Positions 42,262-50,102 of a stretch of 59,849 nucleotides of DNA are shown here, piece by piece. The notes beneath the pieces were generated by a model, which saw nothing but the letters and a program-made list of their open reading frames with translations, did no database searches and was not told the origin of the DNA. Every line of letters begins with the position of its first letter. Positions within the stretch are counted from its first letter, which is position 1. Source of the stretch: a virus; IMG/VR virus record IMGVR_UViG_3300017717_000005, positions 1 through 59,849 of that record. One strand, 5' to 3'. Position numbers and translations under genes: made by a program.

Positions 42262-42522
42262 TTACTTCCTGTACTTTGCGACCTTTTTCTTCTTTCGGTA
42301 CCTAGATACACGCCCCTTCTCTTTCTTTTCCTTTCTGGCTCTAGCTTTCTCCGAAGCAGTAAGCTCTGAGGCTGTTACTGGAGTCTTGCTTGAGATTCTC
42401 TTTGTAGGACGGAATGTTCTATCACCTTTGGAGTAGTCCTTGTCTCCTGACAGAGTGCGCCATTCCTCTTTGAACCAGCGCTTTAGGTTAAGGCCTGCCT
42501 GTGTCTTTCTGACCTTAGGCAT
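42262..42522 (-). CDS. small basic protein (86 aa) with W..EEW motif and Lys/Arg-rich tail
   Basis: I prefer the ATG at 42522 (MPKVRKTQAGLNLKRWFKEEWRTL), which overlaps the upstream stop as TAATG. Confidence 0.5.
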   Translation of the reverse strand: MPKVRKTQAGLNLKRWFKEEWRTLSGDKDYSKGDRTFRPTKRISSKTPVTASELTASEKARARKEKKEKGRVSRYRKKKKVAKYRK

Positions 42523-42977
42523 TACTTCTTGCTCTTGCCGTAGTTGCTGGCCCCCATCTTTCTGCACTTTGCAATTCTGCCACTAGCGTATGCACTTGGA
42601 AATACTTTTTCTCCAGCCTTGACTTTGTGGTAGCAAGCGTCTTTAACTGAACCGCCCTTCTTGTACTTAGGCACCTTGCCTCCCTTTTCAAGCTTTCTGA
42701 ATCTGTACTCTCCTGACTTGGTGTCTTGAGTAAGCTTAAATGAAGGAGCTCTAGCGTCACTTCTTCCCCGAGTGTATCCTTCTGATCTGAGCTTGTTGTC
42801 CAGCATCTTTTCAGCAGTCTGTTGGCTTTTACTTGATACGTATGCTGCATTTGATGCAACCTTCTTAGCCTTGACCTTACCGCCTTTCTTGAACACACCT
42901 CTTCCTTTGAGGATGTCCGCCTTGGTGATCTTACCGTCTTTGTTCAGGTCTGGGAATTTCTTTTTAGCCTTTGCCAT
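42522..42977 (-). CDS. small basic protein (151 aa) with EF-hand-like loop, KKGGKV repeats and a PSAYASGRIAKCRKMGA motif
   Basis: DLNKDGKITKAD fits the 12-residue EF-hand loop pattern. The KKGGKV / KGGKV / KKGGSV motif occurs three times. Confidence 0.55.
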   Translation of the reverse strand: MAKAKKKFPDLNKDGKITKADILKGRGVFKKGGKVKAKKVASNAAYVSSKSQQTAEKMLDNKLRSEGYTRGRSDARAPSFKLTQDTKSGEYRFRKLEKGGKVPKYKKGGSVKDACYHKVKAGEKVFPSAYASGRIAKCRKMGASNYGKSKK

Positions 42978-43155
42978 GACTCGCTAGTTTGAAGTTTGCT
43001 TTTGGTACTGCGCCTGGATGTGGTTTGTAATCGCCCTCCATTAGGTAGTAACGACCAGACTCTTCCATCCAGTGGTAGCCCTTGGGAGGGGCTACCCCTA
43101 CACTTTTCTTTGATACTGTGAGCTTACCGCCCTTCTTGTACTTGATAGGTTTCAT
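42964..43155 (-). CDS. small basic protein (63 aa), KYKKGGKL motif
   Basis: The ATG at 43155 overlaps the upstream stop (TAATG). Confidence 0.5.
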   Translation of the reverse strand: MKPIKYKKGGKLTVSKKSVGVAPPKGYHWMEESGRYYLMEGDYKPHPGAVPKANFKLASHGKG

Positions 43156-43451
43156 TAGCAGTTCCACTTTCTAAGGGCAAGAGCCTTACGTGTAGGCTTG
43201 CCGTTTGGTTTTCTCATTGGGCCTTTCACGCCTTTCATTCTGGCGCAGAAGGATTTACGTCGCTTAGCAGCTTTACTGCCAGCCTTGAGCTTAGAAGGCG
43301 GTGTGGTTACTGCGGTCTTGAGCTTACTGCCTGGATTGGCTGCTCTGTACCTTTTCACACCTTTTTCGGTAAGACCTCCAGACGCAGATTTATCCCCGCT
43401 CTTGACGGAGAACTTCTTGGGCATCTTTTGAGATCTTTTCTTGGCCTTCAT
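43155..43451 (-). CDS. small highly basic protein (98 aa)
   Basis: Sequence runs MKAKKRSQKMPKKF...RRKSFCARMKGVKGPMRKPNGKPTRKALALRKWNC. It is the first gene after the promoter box at 43456. Confidence 0.55.
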   Translation of the reverse strand: MKAKKRSQKMPKKFSVKSGDKSASGGLTEKGVKRYRAANPGSKLKTAVTTPPSKLKAGSKAAKRRKSFCARMKGVKGPMRKPNGKPTRKALALRKWNC

Positions 43452-43455
43452 AATG

Positions 43456-43463
43456 CAAATATA
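43456..43463 (-). promoter_or_regulatory. late promoter box TATATTTG(C), 4 nt from the ATG
   Basis: The minus strand reads TATATTTGCATTATG. Confidence 0.5.
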
Positions 43464-43688
43464 TTAAATATCAGAAGAGTGTTCCATGAGGTTCCCGTAG
43501 CGCAGATCGTCAAGCTTGTCTTCGTCTGAAATAGAGGCGTCTCTATAGAAAGAAACTGAAGGTATGTTACCAGCTTTGGCCCACGTCAATGCACCCGATT
43601 CGGTTTCAAAGTATTCTTCAAAACCAACCATCCTGATCACATATCCAGCCGTAATCTTATTGCCTGTGTCTGTTGCGGTCTTTGCCAT
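43464..43688 (-). CDS. hypothetical protein (74 aa)
   Basis: ORF whose start overlaps the upstream stop. Confidence 0.5.
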   Translation of the reverse strand: MAKTATDTGNKITAGYVIRMVGFEEYFETESGALTWAKAGNIPSVSFYRDASISDEDKLDDLRYGNLMEHSSDI

Positions 43689-44638
43689 TATGTGATTCCG
43701 TAATACGCTTTTGTAGTAGACATGATGGTATCTCTATTAGGAAGAGTTCCTGCAGACCAAATGATCATCTCTGACAGATAGCCCTGATATTGAGCGGCTC
43801 CGTTGTCGTGACGTCTCCCAATAGACATGCCTGCAGAGGCTGTTCTGAGGTTTCCTGTACTTGGGAATCCAGTCAAGGTTGTGGCTGTATCTCCATTAAC
43901 GTCAATGTCTCCTGTATAGGGCGATGCAGACATGAGTCCAACAACAACGTATTCTGTATCTGTAGCCACAGTGGCTGTGGTGTCTGCTCTTCCCAAGTGG
44001 TTTGAAGAACTGGAATACCTAGCTGCCAATCTTAGTTTTTGAGCCGCTCCCAGAATCGATGTTTGAAGCGTTTGGGTAGACGTAGATGAGGTCCACTGAC
44101 TTACAATTTGCTGGCCCGCAGACACGGTTCTAAACTCACCGACATAAGAAAGTATAAAGTGATCCCCGTTGTTGGATGAGAAGGTGTCAGACAACCAACG
44201 AGCGGTGGTGTTTGCGTAGAAGTCAAGAGCACGAATGGAATTGTCAGTAGTAGTAACGACGTTACCCGACGTATCTACAATCTGAGGTCTTGAAGCAGCT
44301 ACAGACTGCTCCATGTGATTCCCGTTCGCGCTCTGATCCCACCATTTTGAGACCCGACCGTAGCCGCTCCCGCAGTGCGAAGTAAGCGCCGAAACATCAA
44401 GTCTTCCATTGACATCAAAGCCAATATCCACAATCGTCCCTTGGTCATTTTCTACAGAGATGGCAGTAGTAGCGCTTGAGTCTAGCTGCCTTAGGCTATA
44501 TGCTGCCACAGCCCCAGCAAAATTGTCTAGTGCGTAAGAAGCTGTTATACCGCTAACCTTGTCAATCTCACTGTTCCTTACACCATCAATCTTGTCGATA
44601 GAGCTGAAAGTAACTCCGCTTACTTTGTCTATGCTCAT
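43688..44638 (-). CDS. LamG/concanavalin-like tail fibre-associated protein (316 aa)
   Basis: N-terminal IDKVSG repeats. AAYSLRQL...WWDQSANGNHMEQ...SRPQIV and a C-terminal GYLSEMIIW fit the LamG-type pattern common in phage fibres. Confidence 0.5.
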   Translation of the reverse strand: MSIDKVSGVTFSSIDKIDGVRNSEIDKVSGITASYALDNFAGAVAAYSLRQLDSSATTAISVENDQGTIVDIGFDVNGRLDVSALTSHCGSGYGRVSKWWDQSANGNHMEQSVAASRPQIVDTSGNVVTTTDNSIRALDFYANTTARWLSDTFSSNNGDHFILSYVGEFRTVSAGQQIVSQWTSSTSTQTLQTSILGAAQKLRLAARYSSSSNHLGRADTTATVATDTEYVVVGLMSASPYTGDIDVNGDTATTLTGFPSTGNLRTASAGMSIGRRHDNGAAQYQGYLSEMIIWSAGTLPNRDTIMSTTKAYYGIT

Positions 44639-47259
44639 GCCAGCTCAATCCAATCGTTAGATGGGTTGAAAAAGATCTCTCTGCTGCTTGAGTCTGTGCT
44701 GTACCCAATAATCCTTACAACGTCTGCCGATCCCGTTGGGGCGGTGCTTACAATCTCTCCCGCCGTCGCTCCCGCACTGATGTAAAGAGGATTTCCAGTT
44801 CCGAGGCTAACCCATGATCCGTGCCTAGCAAATCCTCTAACAAGAAAAAGAGGTAAGTCATCAACGACAGCAATACCAAGCATACCGCTGGCTGTTGCCA
44901 CGGCATTGGCATCAGCCAACTCCCACTGTTGCGAGCTATTTACATAGTACAGCTTACCCTTCTCAATATTGCCATTTGACCCACCTGGGCCAGAGCCAAA
45001 GTTTACAATATCTCCATTGTATTGATCCGAGGTGTCAACCCCAAAAAGAATCCGCCCACCATAACCTGCTTGACTCGAAGTCGCCTTAATCGTAAGTGCA
45101 TTAGATGCAAAAGTCAAGGATGCTTGACCTTCGATCGTATCTGCATCTGTGAAGATTGCGATCTGATCGTCAGCTGGTGTGCCATTTGTATCTACAGTCC
45201 CGCTAGCAGTTGATGCCGCCTCAAGAGATATGAGATTAGCGCTCTCATTGTATGTAAGAACGAAATCGTCTTTACTGGTCAGATCTTGATCGCCGTCAAA
45301 CGTAAAATTACCAAGCTTTACATTTCCAACCCCATGTGGATTGAGTACAATGTTTCTGTTACCGCTAGAAACAATCTCACGGGCTAAAACATCAAGGTTT
45401 CCACCAAGCTCTGGACTGTCATCGTGGACGATGTTAAGGGACTGGTTTACAAAAGCACCTGATCCGTTATTAACCAGGTAGTCATTTGCACTTTCTGAGC
45501 CAACCGTGACATCACTAAGATCATTCAGCTCATCGACACCGCTTGCAGTGGTTGCAATTACACCAGTAGAGCTGTTGTAAGAAATGCCAGTGCCTGCCGA
45601 AAACTTACTCCTGATTTCAGCATCAGTCTGGTCTGCTGTGGCGTTAGCTTCAATACCGTCAAGCTTAAGTCCGTCAGCAGATAAATCCCTCCCGTCTACT
45701 GTTTGAGATCCAGAAAAGGTGATATTACCCGTCATCTGTCCGCCCGTCTTCATCAAAGCCCCAGCTGCAGCAACATTGGTTGCATCTGTCACATCAGCAG
45801 AAGCTTCAATGGCATTCAGCTTGTCGTGATCATCATCGGTAAAAACGTTAGAATCTGAAGCGGCATCTACAAGAGTTCTTATCTCTGCTGCTGTCTGGTC
45901 TGCAGTCGCATTAGCCTCGATGCCTGTAAGCTTCGTTCTCTCTGCAGTAGACATGATGATGCCAGACCCAGCATCAGACACGTCAGACAGAGCAGTGACG
46001 CTAGACGTAGTGTAGACACCATTTGTAACTGTCGCGGCGTTACCGTTGATGCTTCCAGAAATGGTTGAGGTAAATGTCTTTACACCGTCAATAGATTCGT
46101 TGCCGCTGTTCATGACTGCTCCAGCCGCAGCAACGTTGGTAGCATCAGTAGCGTCTGCCCCAGCCTCAATCCCAGCAAGCTTATCAAATTGAGCTTCTGT
46201 CATTAAACCAGCTTCCGAGGTCGTAGAAGCAGGTATGGTGACACTTGAGCCCCCACCAGAAATGTTTACAGCGACCGTAGTTCCAGTCCTTGTACCCAAA
46301 GAAAGGTTCTGAGTGCCGAGCTGGTTGTCTACGTAAGTTTTAATTGCAGCCTGGCTAGGCACAAGAGTGTCTGACGGGCTGCCCAAAGTGTTGTCAGTGT
46401 CAATGACAGCGGAGACTCTAGCGTCTGCACGACCATCAGTGTAGTACAGATTTGACCCCTCGGATATATTTGAAGTGCTGGCAGCCACAACAGTGTATTG
46501 TTCTGACGCTGCCCGCGTAATAAGGCCAGTTGCAGAACCAGCAACATCAGTGTGCATGATCGCACCAGCTGCATTCACATTTGACGAGTTGGTAGCGTCT
46601 GCATTAGAAGCGATGCCATCAAGCTTGTCGTGCATAGCCACAGTCATGACACCTGCCTGACTACCCGTAGCCTCAAGAATAACAGCATCCGTTCCGTCAC
46701 TAGAAGTGACCGTCACTCTGTCAGTCTGATAAGATGTGGCGAGGTTTGTTGTGACGTTGGCTGTAGTGACGTTGTTGTCTACATACGCTTTGACAGACTG
46801 CTGAGTCGGAACTTTTGTGTTCAGGTTGGAGGACATATTATCCTCGTCTACAACGAAACCAAATCCACTTGTAGACGTATCTGCCTCTAAGACTGGATTG
46901 CTAATCGTGTTGGTGATTGTAATCTTGTCTGCTGAGGTTCTAGCAATACTTAGGTCTCCCGCCACAGCAAGAACTACATCATCAGTTGTTGAGTTACTGC
47001 CTGTGAGCCTAATCTTTTGTTCAGTGCTGCCCGTGCCAGTCTCACATGAAATGCCGTAAGTAACTGTAGCTCCGTCAGCACCATTTGAGCCAGCTGGTCC
47101 TTGCGGTCCCTGAGGTCCAGTGTTTCCAGGCTGGCCAGTTGTGTACGCAGGGTTTACGTCAACCACATTTACCTGTGGTGACGTAACGCTAATCGCAGGA
47201 GTTGTAGTGACGTTTACACTGACTGGTCCGCCGCCGCTATGTACGACTTGTACTGCCAT
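44635..47259 (-). CDS. tail fibre protein with a collagen-like segment and tandem KL(D/T/N)GIE(A/S).A repeats
   Basis: Seven G-X-Y triplets, GQPGNTGPQGPQGPAGSNGADG, lie at 47071..47136. At least five copies of KLxGIExxAxxT(D/A)... (ATNVAAAGA / QTxAEIR) units are present. Confidence 0.75.
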   Translation of the reverse strand: MAVQVVHSGGGPVSVNVTTTPAISVTSPQVNVVDVNPAYTTGQPGNTGPQGPQGPAGSNGADGATVTYGISCETGTGSTEQKIRLTGSNSTTDDVVLAVAGDLSIARTSADKITITNTISNPVLEADTSTSGFGFVVDEDNMSSNLNTKVPTQQSVKAYVDNNVTTANVTTNLATSYQTDRVTVTSSDGTDAVILEATGSQAGVMTVAMHDKLDGIASNADATNSSNVNAAGAIMHTDVAGSATGLITRAASEQYTVVAASTSNISEGSNLYYTDGRADARVSAVIDTDNTLGSPSDTLVPSQAAIKTYVDNQLGTQNLSLGTRTGTTVAVNISGGGSSVTIPASTTSEAGLMTEAQFDKLAGIEAGADATDATNVAAAGAVMNSGNESIDGVKTFTSTISGSINGNAATVTNGVYTTSSVTALSDVSDAGSGIIMSTAERTKLTGIEANATADQTAAEIRTLVDAASDSNVFTDDDHDKLNAIEASADVTDATNVAAAGALMKTGGQMTGNITFSGSQTVDGRDLSADGLKLDGIEANATADQTDAEIRSKFSAGTGISYNSSTGVIATTASGVDELNDLSDVTVGSESANDYLVNNGSGAFVNQSLNIVHDDSPELGGNLDVLAREIVSSGNRNIVLNPHGVGNVKLGNFTFDGDQDLTSKDDFVLTYNESANLISLEAASTASGTVDTNGTPADDQIAIFTDADTIEGQASLTFASNALTIKATSSQAGYGGRILFGVDTSDQYNGDIVNFGSGPGGSNGNIEKGKLYYVNSSQQWELADANAVATASGMLGIAVVDDLPLFLVRGFARHGSWVSLGTGNPLYISAGATAGEIVSTAPTGSADVVRIIGYSTDSSSREIFFNPSNDWIELA

Positions 47260-47621
47260 CAGGTAAAGGTGATGTCATCAACAACCTTGAACGTACCAAA
47301 AGTGTAGGTTTGAACCTTGTTAGCGCTGTCAATGTCTACATGAGCATTTGTATTCTGCAAATCGTACACATACATTCCTCCTGGAATGTTCATTTCAGCA
47401 GCACTGGCTTCGATAGTCAACTTTGAGTTTGTGGCGTTGCCATCACCCCTTGCAAATGAAAACCCGTCCAACCGAATAGTACCTCCTGCGCTATCCCTAA
47501 CTTGCATCAACCATGTCGTGGCCTCGATGACGCTGCCAAAGTCGATCTCAAGCTTAAATGAGTCTCTCCTTCTGCACACAATGTCCAGCCTTACCGCTGT
47601 ATCTAGATTAACTGTAGCCAT
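47259..47621 (-). CDS. hypothetical beta-sandwich-like virion protein (120 aa)
   Basis: ORF between the portal and tail fibre genes, with start and stop overlaps on both sides. Confidence 0.5.
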   Translation of the reverse strand: MATVNLDTAVRLDIVCRRRDSFKLEIDFGSVIEATTWLMQVRDSAGGTIRLDGFSFARGDGNATNSKLTIEASAAEMNIPGGMYVYDLQNTNAHVDIDSANKVQTYTFGTFKVVDDITFT

Positions 47622-50083
47622 TACTGTCCAATAATTTCGTTCACAATTTCTTCAGGCGTCTTCCCAGCATCAGGAGTCTTTGCGGGCTCATCAAGCTCAC
47701 CACGCTCTCCCTTTCTCTGCGAGATAAGCTTGCTCTGCTCAGCAGACTGCTTCTTCACTCTATCATCCTTGCGGTCCTCTTTGAGGATCTCAATCTTTTC
47801 TTTGAACTCTTTCTCAGTAGCGCTACGACCGAGGACAGCCTGCGCTCTGATAAGCTCAATCTCTTTGGTCATCTCGTGACGCATTGTCTCCATCTGCATC
47901 TCTAGCTGGGCTTTCATCTGCATCTTCTGAGCATCTAGCTGAGCCTGCATCTGAACCTCTTGCTGCTTCATCTGAGCTGCAGCCTGAGCGGACTGCTGCT
48001 GGATTTGAGCTTGCATCTGTGAGTTTTGCTGAGCCATCTGCTGGTTGCTTGCGATCCGCTTTTTGCGTCGGATCACCAGCAATCTCTCAGCCTGGTTGAT
48101 GTCTTTGAGCTGGCGGATAGCAATAGCATCCTCGATGTCGAGCTCCTTCTGAGCGAGCGAGACCTGGATGTTTTGCTCCAAGTATTGCTTCTCCATGTCT
48201 TCCATTTCTTTGACTACCTGCACACCGAAGTTGTACATAGCCAGGTTTTGGAAGCTGTTCAGCATGGCGATGTTCTCCTTGCCAATGGCATTCTCGTAAG
48301 CCTTGTACAAGATGCTCTCAAAAGGAATGATTTGCAGGCACTTTACGATGTCCTTACAGACCTTCTTGAACAGCACCATAGACGAGTTGGTGATGTCGTA
48401 AATGGCGTTGTTACCAGCCGCGATAGCCTGCTGTCTCACCCCGACCAAAGAATCCCCTTTAGGGGAGCTGGCATCCATAGCCTCGTTGATACCCGTGGCG
48501 TCGCGGATCATGCGGAGATAGTGGTTATACAGAGCGATGAACTCGTTGATGTTACGCACAGAGTTTCCGATCTCGCGGATGGGCGGATTCTGGAATCCTC
48601 CTTCTGGGTTCTTGCTTCTGTAGTAGAACACACCAGTCTGCTCGTAGATGTCGTGCAGCTCAAGAGGCTGGAGCTCACCGCCCTTGCCGAGCTGTACATT
48701 CTCCAATCCTTCGATGTCGATAATGATACCGTCAGGCTTAGCCTTGGCTACTGATTGCTGGATCTTGAGATGAGTGAGCTGAAGCTGGTCAGCGAAACCG
48801 ATGCAGCTGTCTACCATAGACTTAGGCATCATCTCCTCCATGTTCGTTGCCACAACAGAGTAAGACAGGTCCGCTCTGCTTAGATCGTGCATGTTCTTCG
48901 GCACATTCGTTCTCAAGCTATAGTTGAACAGCTTGTCAGTACCCATGATATACATGCCTCCGTACACAACCTCATTCTCAAGCTTGGAAACTCTCTTCTC
49001 ATACACAGACTCGGATGGACCTTTGTAGCTATCTCCTTTGAAGTAGAATCCTGTATTCCCGTACTTGCTATCCTTCTCTTCGAAGAACATACAATCAACG
49101 CTCTTGAACTCAAAGTCAAGCACGTCGATCATGTACTCGTCATACCCGTACCTGTACCTGTCAGTCTTAGCGTCATAAGACGACTGACTCATCTTAGAGA
49201 GGTCGTAATTTTGCTTTGAGGCTGATGACTTCGCAATATCTTTGAAGTCGTCTTCTGTAAACTGATCACCAGCTAAGCGCTTGAGCTCACTAATTGTAAT
49301 GCTCTTGACATGCCCAGCGTACACCATGTCTCCAAAGTTGGGGTCATCGGTGTAGCTGTGAATGAAGTTGGCAGGGTCGATGTAGTCAACCTTAATTCCG
49401 TAGTTGGGGTCGTTGCTTCTCTTGGTCACTGACATGCCTAGCACGGCGAGATCATTAACGCAACGTCTGTAAGTCGAGTCACTGAAGTCATTCCACTTCA
49501 GCGTCATGTTTGTGGCCACCTGAGCAGCGATCTCAGAGGAGGACTTGATGTTGTTCCCCATAAAGATTTCCGCTTCCTCAAGAGTATCAGGAATGCTCTC
49601 TACATCTGCAACCTGGACACCTGTGTCCTTCTGCATTTTCTGGAGAGCTTCTTTGTTCCTAATCAACGCCTCAACCTTACGTCTCTCCATGTCCTTCTCA
49701 CTGGAAGACAAAGGATCAACAGCCTCAAGGTTTGGATACGGTTCAGACGAGAGGATCTTGTTGACCACGATCCTCACGAACTTAGGCAGGATTGGGACTG
49801 GAGTAAAGTCCAGGTTCAAAAAACTACCGTCGCCGTTATTTGGATCAAGGCTCGTAAGAAGCTGTCTGTAGATTGTGGTATCCTGAGTACCCTGAGCGTA
49901 CTTTCTATTTCTATCAAAGAGTCTGGACCGCCGCCTCATGAGGGAGTTGTCCTGAGCTGTTGAACCCCACTGCTTGGCAATCGCCTTAGCATAGCTAAGC
50001 CCATAGGCAAGACCTTCTTTGATCTGCTTGGATGCTAACGGATCGGGGAACCCAGCACTCGTTTTGTTCTGGTTGGCGTACAT
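47621..50083 (-). CDS. portal protein (820 aa) with a Gln-rich C-terminal coiled coil
   Basis: Immediately downstream of TerL and of portal-typical size. The call is positional. The ATG at 50083 is preceded by a promoter box. Confidence 0.6.
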   Translation of the reverse strand: MYANQNKTSAGFPDPLASKQIKEGLAYGLSYAKAIAKQWGSTAQDNSLMRRRSRLFDRNRKYAQGTQDTTIYRQLLTSLDPNNGDGSFLNLDFTPVPILPKFVRIVVNKILSSEPYPNLEAVDPLSSSEKDMERRKVEALIRNKEALQKMQKDTGVQVADVESIPDTLEEAEIFMGNNIKSSSEIAAQVATNMTLKWNDFSDSTYRRCVNDLAVLGMSVTKRSNDPNYGIKVDYIDPANFIHSYTDDPNFGDMVYAGHVKSITISELKRLAGDQFTEDDFKDIAKSSASKQNYDLSKMSQSSYDAKTDRYRYGYDEYMIDVLDFEFKSVDCMFFEEKDSKYGNTGFYFKGDSYKGPSESVYEKRVSKLENEVVYGGMYIMGTDKLFNYSLRTNVPKNMHDLSRADLSYSVVATNMEEMMPKSMVDSCIGFADQLQLTHLKIQQSVAKAKPDGIIIDIEGLENVQLGKGGELQPLELHDIYEQTGVFYYRSKNPEGGFQNPPIREIGNSVRNINEFIALYNHYLRMIRDATGINEAMDASSPKGDSLVGVRQQAIAAGNNAIYDITNSSMVLFKKVCKDIVKCLQIIPFESILYKAYENAIGKENIAMLNSFQNLAMYNFGVQVVKEMEDMEKQYLEQNIQVSLAQKELDIEDAIAIRQLKDINQAERLLVIRRKKRIASNQQMAQQNSQMQAQIQQQSAQAAAQMKQQEVQMQAQLDAQKMQMKAQLEMQMETMRHEMTKEIELIRAQAVLGRSATEKEFKEKIEILKEDRKDDRVKKQSAEQSKLISQRKGERGELDEPAKTPDAGKTPEEIVNEIIGQ

Positions 50084-50088
50084 CACCG

Positions 50089-50096
50089 CAAATATA
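50089..50096 (-). promoter_or_regulatory. late promoter box TATATTTG(C), 5 nt from the ATG
   Basis: The minus strand reads TATATTTGCGGTGATG, nearly identical to the box at 37978. Confidence 0.5.
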
Positions 50097-50102
50097 CTAA
50101 AC

